A DNA stretch of 64,000 bases, taken from positions 491 to 64,490 of the forward strand of contig CAXIBD010000009.1 in the NCBI GenBank assembly GCA_964022135.1. Reading direction: 5' to 3'. Position numbers and translations under genes: made by a program. The DNA comes from an uncultured Sphingomonadales bacterium (GTDB lineage: Bacteria; Pseudomonadota; Alphaproteobacteria; Sphingomonadales; Sphingomonadaceae). Shown here piece after piece: positions 45,468 through 55,858 of the stretch. The notes under the pieces are model-generated. The model saw nothing but the letters and a program-made list of their open reading frames with translations. It was not told the origin of the DNA and did not search any database. Numbering within the stretch: the stretch's first letter is position 1; every line of letters starts with the position of its first letter.

Positions 45468-46278
45468 TTAGAAACGCAAGGGAATAACGGTTGAATTCGT
45501 CGGTTCGCTCCAGCTGCACCCAGTGACCAACCTTGTTAAAGATGATACACCGCACGTCTTCGCAAGCGTCATAAAAATAGTCGATGCCGGTCAAAGGCAT
45601 AAATTTTTCGTTCCGGCCCCAGAATAATAAAATGGGCATAGTCAGCTTGGAAAGATGAGGCCGGACATTATGCGTCTTCATTCGCGCCAGCACATCTTTC
45701 GGTTGCGTACGCGCAACTTCAAATCGTTCGGCAACCAGCTCGTCGGTAACATGAACCGGATCAAATACGAGGCTCTCGATCAACCTGCGCTGATCGTCAG
45801 GTCCAAAATCCAGGCTGCCAAAAGACGATCGCATATTGGCAATACCGGGCATTGCGAAATAGACATCCAGTTCCTCAATGCAGCCTGGTGCCATCAACAC
45901 AAGTTTGGTCACCATTTCTGGATGGTCTGCAACCAACTGGATCGCAATCCCGCCGCCGAGCGAGTTGCCAACCAGAATCGCCTTTTCGATGCCGTGCATA
46001 GACAGAGCTTCATAAAGCGTGTCGGTAAATAGCGTTAAGGTGTAATCTATTCCTTCTGGCTTGGAAGATTGTCCGTAACCAATGAGATCGGGCAGAATGA
46101 CACGATAACCGGCCTCGACAAATGCATCAACATTCTGACTGAAATTCGAAGTCCCGGAAGCACCCGGTCCACTACCGTGGATAAACACCACCGGCATTCC
46201 ATCATCGGGGCCTGCTTCAGTGATATGAATCCCATACCCGGAACTTAGTTCATATGTTTTTTGCTCGCCGATCAGCAT
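45460..46278 (-). CDS. alpha/beta hydrolase, meta-cleavage product hydrolase (HsaD/TesD family)
   Basis: ORF to 46350, trimmed to ATG 46278 (GAGGAGG 5 nt upstream). VVFIHGSGPGASG, nucleophile elbow GNSLGGG, catalytic His in KVGHWVQ. Confidence 0.8.
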   Translation of the reverse strand: MLIGEQKTYELSSGYGIHITEAGPDDGMPVVFIHGSGPGASGTSNFSQNVDAFVEAGYRVILPDLIGYGQSSKPEGIDYTLTLFTDTLYEALSMHGIEKAILVGNSLGGGIAIQLVADHPEMVTKLVLMAPGCIEELDVYFAMPGIANMRSSFGSLDFGPDDQRRLIESLVFDPVHVTDELVAERFEVARTQPKDVLARMKTHNVRPHLSKLTMPILLFWGRNEKFMPLTGIDYFYDACEDVRCIIFNKVGHWVQLERTDEFNRYSLAFLND

Positions 46279-46355
46279 CGCATCCTCCTCATTCATCGAC
46301 CAGTGCGAATGTCGCCTGTCCATCCAAAGGCCGAATCCACATGGAAACAACCATA

Positions 46356-46385
46356 TTCGTAATATTTATTGCCTTGAAATACGCA
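46356..46385. promoter_or_regulatory. dyad operator copy F
   Basis: TTCGTAATATTTATTGCCTTGAAATACGCA, in the divergent promoter region between the lower-pathway operon (minus) and the 16-gene plus-strand operon. The first 15 nt are identical to copy C. Confidence 0.65.
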
Positions 46386-46480
46386 AATCGTCAATTAAAA
46401 ACCTATTTCGCTTGCTTTTATATCGATAATTGGTTCTTATGGCCTCCTGATTCTGACTACGGAATAGAAAATGAGAAGGA

Positions 46481-47248
46481 GTGGAGTTGCTGCCTGCAAT
46501 CAAACTTGATGACCAAGTGGCATTGGTTACCGGTGGAACCCGGGGGCTCGGGCGCGCTATAGCAGCACGCCTAGCCGAAGCGGGCGCGAAGGTTGTTGTG
46601 TGCGGGCGCAACAAACCGGATACACTTCCACCCGGCGTTACCTATATCAGCAGCGATATACGCGATCCGGAGCAGGCCAGAAGGCTCGTCGATCAGATCG
46701 CGGAATCCCATGGCCGCTTTGACGTTCTCGTCAACAATGCGGGCGGATCGCCTGCCTGCGCGATAGAAGAAGCATCGCCGGGGTTTATCGACGCCATCAC
46801 CCGGCTCAATCTACTAGCACCGCTTTATCTCGCACAAGCCGCTCATCCATATATGGCAAAACTGGAAGGCGGCTCGATCGTCAATATCGCCAGCGTGTCG
46901 GGGACACGCCCCTCCCCCGGAACAGCTGTTTACGGGGCAGCCAAGGCCGGCCTGCTCAATCTGACCCAATCGCTGGCTCAGGAATGGGGCAAAGATGAAA
47001 TCCGCGTGAACGCCATCATTGTCGGTCTGGCACATACGGAAAATGCCGAAATCACCTACGGTGGAACGAAAGCTCAGGAGCAGGTTGCCCAATCGCTGCC
47101 TCTTGGCCGCATGTGCAAAGGTGATGATGTAGCGAATGCCACCGCCTTCCTCTGTTCGCCCATGGCCAGTTACATTTCCGGCGCCCGTCTTGAAGTCGAT
47201 GGCGGCGGCGAACGGCCCTATTTTCTTGATCTAGTGAAAGGTAGTTAG
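46481..47248 (+). CDS. SDR family oxidoreductase
   Basis: GTG start after GAAGGA. VALVTGGTRGLGRAIAARL; YGAAK. Confidence 0.8.
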   Translation: MELLPAIKLDDQVALVTGGTRGLGRAIAARLAEAGAKVVVCGRNKPDTLPPGVTYISSDIRDPEQARRLVDQIAESHGRFDVLVNNAGGSPACAIEEASPGFIDAITRLNLLAPLYLAQAAHPYMAKLEGGSIVNIASVSGTRPSPGTAVYGAAKAGLLNLTQSLAQEWGKDEIRVNAIIVGLAHTENAEITYGGTKAQEQVAQSLPLGRMCKGDDVANATAFLCSPMASYISGARLEVDGGGERPYFLDLVKGS

Positions 47249-47251
47249 GAC

Positions 47252-48184
47252 GTGACAGTCAAAGCACTCGGCTATGTGGTTATCCAGGCCACCGATTTGA
47301 ACAAATGGGATGATTTTCTCACCAATGTTGTCGGCGTTATGTCTGCCGGAGAAGACGAAACAGGTGCAAGGCTTTATCGGGTTGATGCACGCCCATTCCG
47401 GCTTCGGATCGAAAGGGGTCCGGAAGACCGGTTCTTGACGGCGGGTTATGAATTAACATCCGGCAGCTTTGACGAAACTCTAGAAATCATTCGCAATTCC
47501 GGGCAGGTTGCCACTCTTGCGAGCGACGAAGAGGCGCGCCTGCGCGGTGTTGATGCCCTTGCGACGACGAGTGATCCGGCTGGCAACGGGCTGGAATTCT
47601 ATCACGGCGACAGCGTATCTGACGAGCCGTTTTTATCTCCGCTCGGTATCAAGAAATTCGTTACCGGCGACATGGGCATGGGCCACGCGGTCTTCGCTGC
47701 CCCCGATTTCAGGAAATCCCACGCCTTTTACAAGGCGATCGGTTTTGCGGATACCGACATTCCAGAAATAAGGCCCATGGGGCCGGACGGCCCGATCATG
47801 CATTTTGCCTTCATGCACGCCAGCAATGGTCGGCACCATAGCATCGCCATCGGCGAGATGCCGGTTCCACCATCCCGCTGTATCCATATCATGCTGGAAG
47901 TTGAATCTCTGGACGAGGTGGGCCGTGCCTATGATCGCGTTCTCGCCGCAGGATGTCCGGTGTCGGCGACCATTGGCAAACATATGAATGACGAGATGGT
48001 CAGCTTCTATGTCCAGACGCCCGGCGGCTTCGATCTTGAGTTCGGTTATGACGGCATGCAGATCAATCCCGAAGACTGGCAGCCTACAGCCCATGAAGAA
48101 GTCAGCCAATGGGGTCACGTCTGGGCGTGGCAGGAAGAAATGAAGAAACAAGCGGCAAGCGCGAGCGAGCAGGAAACAGTATGA
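47252..48184 (+). CDS. type I extradiol ring-cleavage dioxygenase (HsaC/TesB/BphC family, VOC fold)
   Basis: VKALGYVVIQATDLNKWDDFLTNVVGVM...RLYRVDARPFRLRIE parallels the BphC/TesB N-terminus; two VOC modules; 310 aa. Confidence 0.8.
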   Translation: MTVKALGYVVIQATDLNKWDDFLTNVVGVMSAGEDETGARLYRVDARPFRLRIERGPEDRFLTAGYELTSGSFDETLEIIRNSGQVATLASDEEARLRGVDALATTSDPAGNGLEFYHGDSVSDEPFLSPLGIKKFVTGDMGMGHAVFAAPDFRKSHAFYKAIGFADTDIPEIRPMGPDGPIMHFAFMHASNGRHHSIAIGEMPVPPSRCIHIMLEVESLDEVGRAYDRVLAAGCPVSATIGKHMNDEMVSFYVQTPGGFDLEFGYDGMQINPEDWQPTAHEEVSQWGHVWAWQEEMKKQAASASEQETV

Positions 48185-49062
48185 CATTAGACAAAAGAAT
48201 GACACCCGCCGAGATCGTCGGCGAACTACGCGATGGAATGACGCTGGGGATAGGCGGCTGGGGGCCGCGCAGGAAGCCGATGGCGCTGATCCGCGAAATT
48301 ATGCGGTCAGACCTCAAAGACCTCACGATCGCGGCCTATGGCGGGGCAGATGTAGGGATGCTTTGCGCTGCGGGTAAGGTTAAAAAACTGATTTTTGCTT
48401 TTGTCTCGCTGGACGCCATTCCGCTGGAACCATGGTTCCGCAAGGCGCGTGAAAGCGGGCAGATCGAAGTTTTGGAACTGGACGAAGGTATGTTCCAGTG
48501 GGGCTTGAAAGCAGCATCTTTCGGTCTTCCGTTTCTTCCGACGCGGGTTGGCCTCGGAACCGATCTGGCTGAACTGGGCAATCTCAAGACGGTCCAGTCG
48601 CCTTATGATGATGGCGAAACGCTGATAGCGATGCCCGCGCTGAAACTCGATGCAGCCTTGCTGCATGTCAATCGCTGTGACCATCGGGGTAATGTCCAGC
48701 TCCTCGGCCCAGATTTCTACTATGACGAATGGTTCGCAAAGGCAGCGGCGAAAACCTACGTTTCCTGCGAGGAACTGGTCGACAAGATGGAAGATCATTA
48801 CCCGGAGGACGCCAAGGCGAACATTTTCGAGCGATGCTTTGTCACCGGTGTGACTGCAATTCCGTGCGGCGCACATCCATCGTCGATGCCGCCGCTCTAT
48901 GGTCCGGACATGAAAGCGCTCAAGGCTTATGCAGGCGCTGCGAAAGACCCCGGTGACTGGAAAGCGGTGGCCGACCAGTTCGTTGGCGCAACCGAGGCAG
49001 AATATTTAAATTCAATTGGCGGAAAGGAAGCGGTCATGAATATTCCGCTGGCGACATACTGA
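48181..49062 (+). CDS. ipdA: CoA transferase subunit A (IpdA / ScdL1-like, HIP ring-opening)
   Basis: ORF from 48109, trimmed to ATG 48181 (ATGA overlap). IVGELRDGMTLGIGGWGPRRKP. Synteny with subunit B, the EchA20-like and the IpdC-like genes. Confidence 0.7.
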   Translation: MTLDKRMTPAEIVGELRDGMTLGIGGWGPRRKPMALIREIMRSDLKDLTIAAYGGADVGMLCAAGKVKKLIFAFVSLDAIPLEPWFRKARESGQIEVLELDEGMFQWGLKAASFGLPFLPTRVGLGTDLAELGNLKTVQSPYDDGETLIAMPALKLDAALLHVNRCDHRGNVQLLGPDFYYDEWFAKAAAKTYVSCEELVDKMEDHYPEDAKANIFERCFVTGVTAIPCGAHPSSMPPLYGPDMKALKAYAGAAKDPGDWKAVADQFVGATEAEYLNSIGGKEAVMNIPLATY

Positions 49063-49856
49063 TGACTGATATTACGCTAACCGAGCTTTGCATATTTGCC
49101 TGCTCCGAAGCCTTTCGGACCGACCGCGAAATTATCGGCACGGGCGTCGGCCCTGTCCCTCGTCTTGGCGTTAGTCTAGCACGGCTAACCCATTCACCAG
49201 GCCTGATGATGAGCGATGGCGAGGCATTTCTGGTCGAGGAACCTGTGCCGATCGGGCCGCGCGGCGACTACAAACCAAAATTCTCCGGGCACCTGCCTTT
49301 TTCGCGCTTTTTTGATAGCGCCGTCTGGACGGGCCGCCGCCATGCGATGGTGACCCCCACGCAGATTGACCGCTTTGGTCAGACCAATCTGTCGCGGCTC
49401 GGCGGAACCCACCGGCAACCCAAAATACAGATGCTCGGCGTTCGCGGTTTTCCCGGCAATAGTATCTATCACCCCAACTCGATGTTCATTCCCTTCCACA
49501 GCAAACGAACCTTTGTCGAGGGCGAAGTCGATATGGTCTCCAGCGCAGGATATAATCCTGCAAAACGAGTTGCTGGCGGCAATTATGCCCATGTCGATTT
49601 GCAGAAAATGATCACCAACCTGTGCGTGATGGATTTTGGCGGACCGGACAATGCCGTCCGCGTCGTCACAGTGCATCCCGGAGTAACATTTGACGAAGTC
49701 CAGGAAGCCACGGGCTTTCAATTGATAGACGCGGTTGAAGGCGAAACGGCTCTTCCAGGAAACGAGGCACTGGCGACAATAAACAACCTCGATCCTCACA
49801 ATATACGTGCCCATGTGATCCCCGACAATCCGCCAGCCATAAGGACAGCAGCATGA
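49062..49856 (+). CDS. ipdB: CoA transferase subunit B (IpdB / ScdL2-like)
   Basis: 264 aa; start overlaps the subunit A stop (TGATG). Confidence 0.7.
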   Translation: MTDITLTELCIFACSEAFRTDREIIGTGVGPVPRLGVSLARLTHSPGLMMSDGEAFLVEEPVPIGPRGDYKPKFSGHLPFSRFFDSAVWTGRRHAMVTPTQIDRFGQTNLSRLGGTHRQPKIQMLGVRGFPGNSIYHPNSMFIPFHSKRTFVEGEVDMVSSAGYNPAKRVAGGNYAHVDLQKMITNLCVMDFGGPDNAVRVVTVHPGVTFDEVQEATGFQLIDAVEGETALPGNEALATINNLDPHNIRAHVIPDNPPAIRTAA

Positions 49857-50752
49857 GCGACGATCTTGTACCACTCGAGGACGTTGCGCCGGAATATGAA
49901 ACCGATGAGCCGATCCTCTATGAAGCCAAGGATGGTATTGCGTGGATCACACTGAATCGCCCCGATTTCCACAATGTCCAGAACAGCCAGATGACCTATG
50001 CGCTGGATGACGCGTTCAAGAAGGCCGTCGATGATGATGCTGTAAAATGCATCGTATTGAAATCCGATGCCAAGCATTTCAGTGCCGGACATGATATCGG
50101 CTCTCCTGGCCGCGATTTTCATTCGAGTTTCGATCGACGGTTGATGTGGTATGATCACGCCAACAAGCCAGGTGCGGAAAAAGCCTATATTCGCGAGCAG
50201 GAAGTCTATCTTGGCATGTGCAAGCGCTGGCGGGCAATTCCAAAGCCGACCATCGCACAGGTTCACAAGGGCTGTATCGCGGGCGGCGTTATGCTGGCCT
50301 GGGTTTGCGATCTGATCATCGCGTCGGACGATGCGTTTTTCCAGGATCCGGTATTGCAGATGGGCTTTCCCGGGCTGGAATATTTCGCTCATACATTTGA
50401 GCTCAACACTCGCATTGCCAAGGAATTCCTGTTCCTCGGAGAACGGATGAGCGCCGAGCGCGCTTACCAGATGGGGATGTTGAACCGTGTGGTCCCGCGC
50501 GCGCACCTGGCTGATGAAGTATTGAAAGTCGCGCAGCGGATTGTTGAACAACCGCGCCTGGCCTTGCAGCTTGCCAAACAGGCTTGCAACCATATGGACA
50601 CGCTTGCCGGCAAAGAAGCCGGGATCGACGCATCCTTTGGCTATCACCATTTCGCTCATGCCCAGAACCAATTGGTAAAGGGTGACTATATTGCCGGATT
50701 TGACGGCAAGAAAATGGCCGAGAAGAACAAGAAGCAGGCCGGTGAAAGCTGA
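49853..50752 (+). CDS. echA20: enoyl-CoA hydratase (EchA20 / ScdY-like)
   Basis: Crotonase fold (IAWITLNRPDFHNVQN...HFSAGHDIG), positioned next to the ipdAB-like genes. Confidence 0.7.
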   Translation: MSDDLVPLEDVAPEYETDEPILYEAKDGIAWITLNRPDFHNVQNSQMTYALDDAFKKAVDDDAVKCIVLKSDAKHFSAGHDIGSPGRDFHSSFDRRLMWYDHANKPGAEKAYIREQEVYLGMCKRWRAIPKPTIAQVHKGCIAGGVMLAWVCDLIIASDDAFFQDPVLQMGFPGLEYFAHTFELNTRIAKEFLFLGERMSAERAYQMGMLNRVVPRAHLADEVLKVAQRIVEQPRLALQLAKQACNHMDTLAGKEAGIDASFGYHHFAHAQNQLVKGDYIAGFDGKKMAEKNKKQAGES

Positions 50753-50755
50753 TCC

Positions 50756-51841
50756 ATGACTGATTCGCTTTCCACACCGCTTACAGCAATGCTGGGTTGC
50801 CGCTTGCCGGTTGTACAGACGGCTATGGGCTGGATTGCAACGCCGCCGCTGGTGGCGGCTTCCAGCAACGCGGGTGCCTTTGGGTTCCTCGCCGGGGCGG
50901 TCATGAAACCGGCCGAGCTGGCGAAGGAAATTGCCAGGCTCAAGGATATGACACCGCATGATTTCGGCGTGAATTTCCACAGCTTCCAGCCCGGTGCAAA
51001 AGAAATAGTCGAAGTCATTCTCGCCAACAAGGACCGCGTCCGGGCGGTCAGCTTCGGCCGCGGCCCCGATGCAGAAATGATCGGAAAGTTTCGTGAGGCC
51101 GGAATTATCTGCATGCCAACGGTTGGTGCGCAGAAACATGCCGAGAAGATGGTTGCTCTGGGCTGTCAGGCGATCACAATTCAGGGCGGCGAAGGCGGTG
51201 GTCACACCGGTTCTGTTCCGACAACCGTGCTGCTGCCCCAAGTGCTTGACGCGGTCAATGTGCCGGTAATTGCAGCGGGAGGTTTTGCTGATGGACGGGG
51301 ACTGGCCGCAGCACTCGCTTACGGTGCGGCAGGCATCGCCATGGGCACGCGGTTCATGATGACCAGCGACAGCCCGGTACCGGCCGGCCCGAAGTCTGCC
51401 TATACCAGCGCCACTACCAACGACATCCTGGTTACGACCAAGATTGATGGCATTCCCCAACGCATGATCCTCAACCCGATGCTAAAGAGCATCGAGCGTT
51501 CGGGCAAATTCGCCATGTGGAAACGGGCCATTGAGGCGGGCATGGAAATGAAACGCCAGACAGGCGCCAGCTGGGGCGACATGCTGCATTCCGCGCGCGC
51601 CATGAGCAGGGGCAGTGATATGACGATTCCCCAGGCAATGATGGCTGCAGCTGCGCCGATGATGATCCAGCGCGCGGTCGTTGAAGGCGACGAGAAGAAC
51701 GGTCTTATGGCAACCGGCTTGGTCGGAGGGCGGCTGGACAGCCTGCCCAGCTGCGCCGAACTGCTGGATTCGATCGAAACCGAAGCGCGCGAGAGGATCG
51801 CGGCACTGACCAACGATAACATTCAAAAAGGGGCTGCGTGA
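50756..51841 (+). CDS. ipdC: nitronate monooxygenase-family FMN enzyme (IpdC / ScdK-like enoyl reductase)
   Basis: LGCRLPVVQTAMGWIATPPLVAASSNAGAFGFL and QGGEGGGHTG blocks. Confidence 0.7.
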   Translation: MTDSLSTPLTAMLGCRLPVVQTAMGWIATPPLVAASSNAGAFGFLAGAVMKPAELAKEIARLKDMTPHDFGVNFHSFQPGAKEIVEVILANKDRVRAVSFGRGPDAEMIGKFREAGIICMPTVGAQKHAEKMVALGCQAITIQGGEGGGHTGSVPTTVLLPQVLDAVNVPVIAAGGFADGRGLAAALAYGAAGIAMGTRFMMTSDSPVPAGPKSAYTSATTNDILVTTKIDGIPQRMILNPMLKSIERSGKFAMWKRAIEAGMEMKRQTGASWGDMLHSARAMSRGSDMTIPQAMMAAAAPMMIQRAVVEGDEKNGLMATGLVGGRLDSLPSCAELLDSIETEARERIAALTNDNIQKGAA

Positions 51842-52590
51842 TGGGCATAGAATGCCAGATCAAGGACAAGATTGCGGAGATTGTTTTCAACGTTCCGCCA
51901 GTGAATGCTTTCGACAGTCATACATGGATGTCCTTACCCGACATCATCTCGAGCGCAGCACGCAATGAGGACGTCAACTGCATCCTGATCCGCGCGGAAG
52001 GCAAAGGATTTTGCGGCGGGGTCGACATCAAGGAGATGCAGGCCCATCCGGAGCGGATTACCGTCCTTAACCGCGGCAATTATCTAACCTTCAAAGCCAT
52101 TCGCGATGCCGAAATTCCGGTCGTATCTGCGGTCCACAAGTTCGTGATTGGCGGCGGAATCGGGATTTGTGGTGCCAGCGATACGATTATCGCGGCTGAT
52201 GATTCCTATTTTTCACTTCCGGAAGTGGATCGCGGTGCCATGGGTGGAGCCAGCCACCTTTCGCGGATGCTGCCATTGCACAAAGTGCGGGCCGCCTTCT
52301 TTACCGGCGGCAATATCCCGGCAGAAGAGGCCTATCGTCTCGGTGCAGTCGAGAAAGTTGTTCCACGCGATGAACTGGAAACAGAAGCGCGTGCTTTTTG
52401 TGCGATAATCGCTGCCAAATCCCGCAAGGCGCTTGTGATCGCCAAGGAAGCTTTAAATGGTCTCGAGCCACGTGATGTCGATCGCGGATATCGCTGGGAG
52501 CAAGGCTTTACGCTGGAAATGTATATGCATGAGGATAGCCAGAAATCGCGCGACGCATTTGTCGAAGGTGGCAAGGCAGCGAAATTCTGA
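51841..52590 (+). CDS. enoyl-CoA hydratase/isomerase family protein
   Basis: ATG 51841 overlaps the upstream TGA. IAEIVFNVPPVNAF...GKGFCGGVDIKE. Confidence 0.8.
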   Translation: MGIECQIKDKIAEIVFNVPPVNAFDSHTWMSLPDIISSAARNEDVNCILIRAEGKGFCGGVDIKEMQAHPERITVLNRGNYLTFKAIRDAEIPVVSAVHKFVIGGGIGICGASDTIIAADDSYFSLPEVDRGAMGGASHLSRMLPLHKVRAAFFTGGNIPAEEAYRLGAVEKVVPRDELETEARAFCAIIAAKSRKALVIAKEALNGLEPRDVDRGYRWEQGFTLEMYMHEDSQKSRDAFVEGGKAAKF

Positions 52591-53753
52591 TGGATTTGCA
52601 ATTTACAGCCGAACAAGATGCCTTCCGCAAGGAAGTGCGGACCTGGCTTCAGGAAAATGTGCCCGACAAGCCCCTTGTCACGCTGGAATGCCAAAAAGGC
52701 TATGACACGCATGTCGCATGGGAACGTCAACTGGCGTCAGGCAACTGGGGCATGGTGACCTGGCCCGAGCAATATGGCGGGCGCGGCCTTGACCTGATCC
52801 AGTGGCTGATATTCGAAGAAGAATATTGGGCTGCCGGAGCGCCCCTCCGGGCCAATCAGAACGGCATTTTTCTGCTCGGCCCGACCATCATGGAATATGG
52901 TACGGACGAGCAAAAGGCCCGTTTTCTGACGCCTATGGCCAAGGGCGAGAAAATCTGGGCCCAGGCATGGTCGGAACCAGGAGCTGGATCAGACATGGCG
53001 GCGATTACAAGCAAGGCGGTCCGCGACGGCGATGAATATGTCATCTCAGGTCAGAAGACATGGTCGAGCCGAGCGTCTTTTGCAGACTGGGGGTTTGGAA
53101 TGTTCCGGACGGAAGAAGGCAGCAAGCGGCACAAGGGCCTGAGCTTCCTCCTATTCGATCTGAATAGCCCGGGTATCACGCGGCGACCCATTCGGCAGTT
53201 GCACGGCAATCCCGGATTTGCAGAACTGTTTTTTGACGAGGTCCGCGTCCCGGCAGAAAATATGCTGGCCGGAGAAGGCGAAGGCTGGAACGTCGCCATG
53301 GCGACAGCGGGTTTTGAACGCGGTCTAATGCTGCGATCTCCCGGCCGGTTTCAGGCTACCGCAAAAAAGCTCGTGGAATTGTTCCGGCAACATGCGGACA
53401 AGGCAGCACCGTCCGCGCGCGAAAAGGTCATGGAAGCCTGGATGGCAGCGCAGGCCTATGCCTATAATACATATGCAGTTGCGTCGAAAATCATGGCTGG
53501 CGGCAAAATTGGTGCAGAAGCTAGCCTGAACAAAATTTTCTGGTCCGAGCTTGATCGCGATATGAACCGGACTGCCATGCAGTTGCTCGGCGCCTCCGCT
53601 GAACTGGTTGAATTTGACGATGGCACGATCAACAGCTGGCTGGAGGGCTATATTTTTTCACTATCCGGGCCGATCTATGCAGGTTCCAATGAAATCCAGC
53701 GGAATATTACCGCAGAGCGCCTGCTCGGTTTGCCACGACAGGGAGCAGGCTGA
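52590..53753 (+). CDS. acyl-CoA dehydrogenase, large subunit of a probable heteromeric steroid ACAD
   Basis: 387 aa; WSEPGAGSDMAAI, QKTWSS; coupled (TGATG) to a shorter ACAD gene. Confidence 0.8.
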   Translation: MDLQFTAEQDAFRKEVRTWLQENVPDKPLVTLECQKGYDTHVAWERQLASGNWGMVTWPEQYGGRGLDLIQWLIFEEEYWAAGAPLRANQNGIFLLGPTIMEYGTDEQKARFLTPMAKGEKIWAQAWSEPGAGSDMAAITSKAVRDGDEYVISGQKTWSSRASFADWGFGMFRTEEGSKRHKGLSFLLFDLNSPGITRRPIRQLHGNPGFAELFFDEVRVPAENMLAGEGEGWNVAMATAGFERGLMLRSPGRFQATAKKLVELFRQHADKAAPSAREKVMEAWMAAQAYAYNTYAVASKIMAGGKIGAEASLNKIFWSELDRDMNRTAMQLLGASAELVEFDDGTINSWLEGYIFSLSGPIYAGSNEIQRNITAERLLGLPRQGAG

Positions 53754-54688
53754 TGGACTTTCGACTTTCCGAAGATCAACTCGCTCTCACAGAAGGCGTC
53801 CGCGACTTCCTGACCGGCACACATGGACCGGACGTGCTGCGCCGCCTGGACGAGCAAGGCAATCGGGACGACAGCATCTGGCAGGGACTGACCGATATGG
53901 GCCTGCCGGGCTTGCTCGTTCCGGAGGATCAGGGTGGACTGGGTCTCGGCCTGCTGGACGCCGCGCTAATCGCCAGGGAATGCGGTCGCTTCGCGCTTGC
54001 CGAACCCTTGGTGGATACGGCGTTTGTCGGTGTTCCATGGCTTGCCAGACAAGGGAGAAATGACGCGCTGGACGATATTGCGGCTGGAAAACACAAGGTT
54101 TCTCTGCCGCATAAGATAAACGGCTGGGCTGCCGATGCAGATGGAGGCCAGTTGCAAAGCGTAGACCCCATGCGCAACCTGTCATCGCTGCCCGCAGAGG
54201 AGACCAGCGATGACGATATGCTGCTCGATCTCGGTGCCCTCATGGCGGCTGCGCAACTGCTCGGGCTTGCGGAAGCAATGCTTGATCAGGCGGTGGAATA
54301 TGCCAAAATCCGCAACCAGTTCGGCCAGCCTATCGGAGCATTTCAGGCGGTAAAACATCATCTTGCCACCGCGCGCGTCAAAACAGAATTTGCGGCTCCG
54401 GTTGTCTGGCGCGCGGCGCAGGCAATGGACGACAATAACGAAAATGCTGCAACAGTAGTCAGTCATGCAAAGATTGCGGCTGGGGACACAGCCTGGGCGG
54501 TTAGCGAAACTGCAATCCAGATTCACGGCGCCATGGGATATACCTACGAAGTAGACCTGCATTTCTGGATGAAGCGAAGCTGGGCTCTGGCCGGTGCCTG
54601 GGGCGACCGCGCCTTCCATTTACGCCGCATTGATGACGCAGTGATTGGCGGTGGCATGGCCATCGGACCACAACTTACATTTGCCTAG
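53753..54688 (+). CDS. acyl-CoA dehydrogenase family protein, short subunit
   Basis: 311 aa; C-terminal ACAD helices (FGQPIGAFQAVKHHLA...IHGAMGYTYE) but a shortened N-terminal half. Confidence 0.75.
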   Translation: MDFRLSEDQLALTEGVRDFLTGTHGPDVLRRLDEQGNRDDSIWQGLTDMGLPGLLVPEDQGGLGLGLLDAALIARECGRFALAEPLVDTAFVGVPWLARQGRNDALDDIAAGKHKVSLPHKINGWAADADGGQLQSVDPMRNLSSLPAEETSDDDMLLDLGALMAAAQLLGLAEAMLDQAVEYAKIRNQFGQPIGAFQAVKHHLATARVKTEFAAPVVWRAAQAMDDNNENAATVVSHAKIAAGDTAWAVSETAIQIHGAMGYTYEVDLHFWMKRSWALAGAWGDRAFHLRRIDDAVIGGGMAIGPQLTFA

Positions 54689-54706
54689 ATCAAAGGACTG
54701 AACACC

Positions 54707-55858
54707 ATGGCTGAAGCCTATATTATTGACGCAGTGCGCACGCCGATCGGGCGCAAGAAAGGCAGTCTTGCCGAAGTGCATCCGGCCGATCTCGGCGCAC
54801 ATCCATTAAAGGAACTGATGAAGCGAACCGGCATTGACGCTGGCGCTGTTGAGGATGTGGTCTGGGGTTGCTGTGATACGATTGGTCCGCAAGCCGGCGA
54901 TATTGGTCGTACCGCGTGGCTGGTGGCCGGACTGCCTGAGCATGTTCCGGGAACGACAATCGACCGGCAATGCGGCAGCTCCCAGCAGGCGGTCCATTTT
55001 GCGGCGCAAGGGGTGATGTCGGGGACACAGGATCTGGTGGTTGCCGGTGGAAGTCAGGCAATGAATGCCATCCCGATTTCAGCAGCGATGTATGCCGGAG
55101 AGCCCTATGGTTTTAGCAATCCGTTCAACACCTCTCCGGGGTGGATCGCACGCTATGGCGACGGTTTGCTGAACCAGATTAACAGCGCCGAAATGATCGC
55201 CGACAAATGGGATATCAGTCGCGAGCAGATGGAAGAATTTGCCCTCGCCTCTCATCAACGGGCGCAAGCCGCGACCGATAATGGCTGGTTCAAGAATGAA
55301 ATCGCTCCCTTAAACGGTCTCGAGCATGATGAGACAATCCGTCCGACCACGACGCTGGAAGGTCTGGCTGGATTGAAGGTCATTCAGGAAGGTGGACGCG
55401 TTACGGCAGGCATCTCCAGCCAAAATTGCGATGGAGCAGCATCCCTGTTGGTTGCTTCAGACCAGGCTGTAAAAGATCACGGCCTCAAACCGCGTGCCCG
55501 TATACATCATATCTCCGTCCGTGCTGATGATCCGGTCTGGATGCTAACAGCTCCGATTCCGGCCACCAGATATGCGCTAGAAAGAGCAGGTATGACCATT
55601 GGCGATATTGATGTGTTCGAATGCAATGAAGCCTTTGCCAGCGTGCCCCTCGCCTGGATGAAGGAACTCGGCATTCCGCACGAGAAGGTCAACATACACG
55701 GCGGCGGCATTGCGCTCGGTCATCCGCTTGGCGCAACCGGTGCCAGGCTGATGACAACCATGATCAATGCGCTGGAACGCACGGGCGGCAGATATGGTCT
55801 GCAAACCATGTGCGAAGGCGGCGGCCAGGCCAATGTAACAATTATTGAGAGGCTCTAA
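54707..55858 (+). CDS. acetyl-CoA C-acyltransferase (thiolase; FadA6 / ScdF-like)
   Basis: IDRQCGSSQQAV, NEAFASV, HGGGIALGHPLGATG, CEGGGQANV thiolase blocks. Confidence 0.85.
   Translation: MAEAYIIDAVRTPIGRKKGSLAEVHPADLGAHPLKELMKRTGIDAGAVEDVVWGCCDTIGPQAGDIGRTAWLVAGLPEHVPGTTIDRQCGSSQQAVHFAAQGVMSGTQDLVVAGGSQAMNAIPISAAMYAGEPYGFSNPFNTSPGWIARYGDGLLNQINSAEMIADKWDISREQMEEFALASHQRAQAATDNGWFKNEIAPLNGLEHDETIRPTTTLEGLAGLKVIQEGGRVTAGISSQNCDGAASLLVASDQAVKDHGLKPRARIHHISVRADDPVWMLTAPIPATRYALERAGMTIGDIDVFECNEAFASVPLAWMKELGIPHEKVNIHGGGIALGHPLGATGARLMTTMINALERTGGRYGLQTMCEGGGQANVTIIERL

Noticed and set aside
26430-51460. Other long antisense ORFs in the low-GC part (26430..27524 +, 28492..29607 +, 33393..34229 -, 42601..43719 +, 49796..51460 -)
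   Set aside because: Each overlaps a gene with clear family motifs on the other strand. The translations are rich in Arg, Cys and His and lack motifs or ribosome-binding sites.
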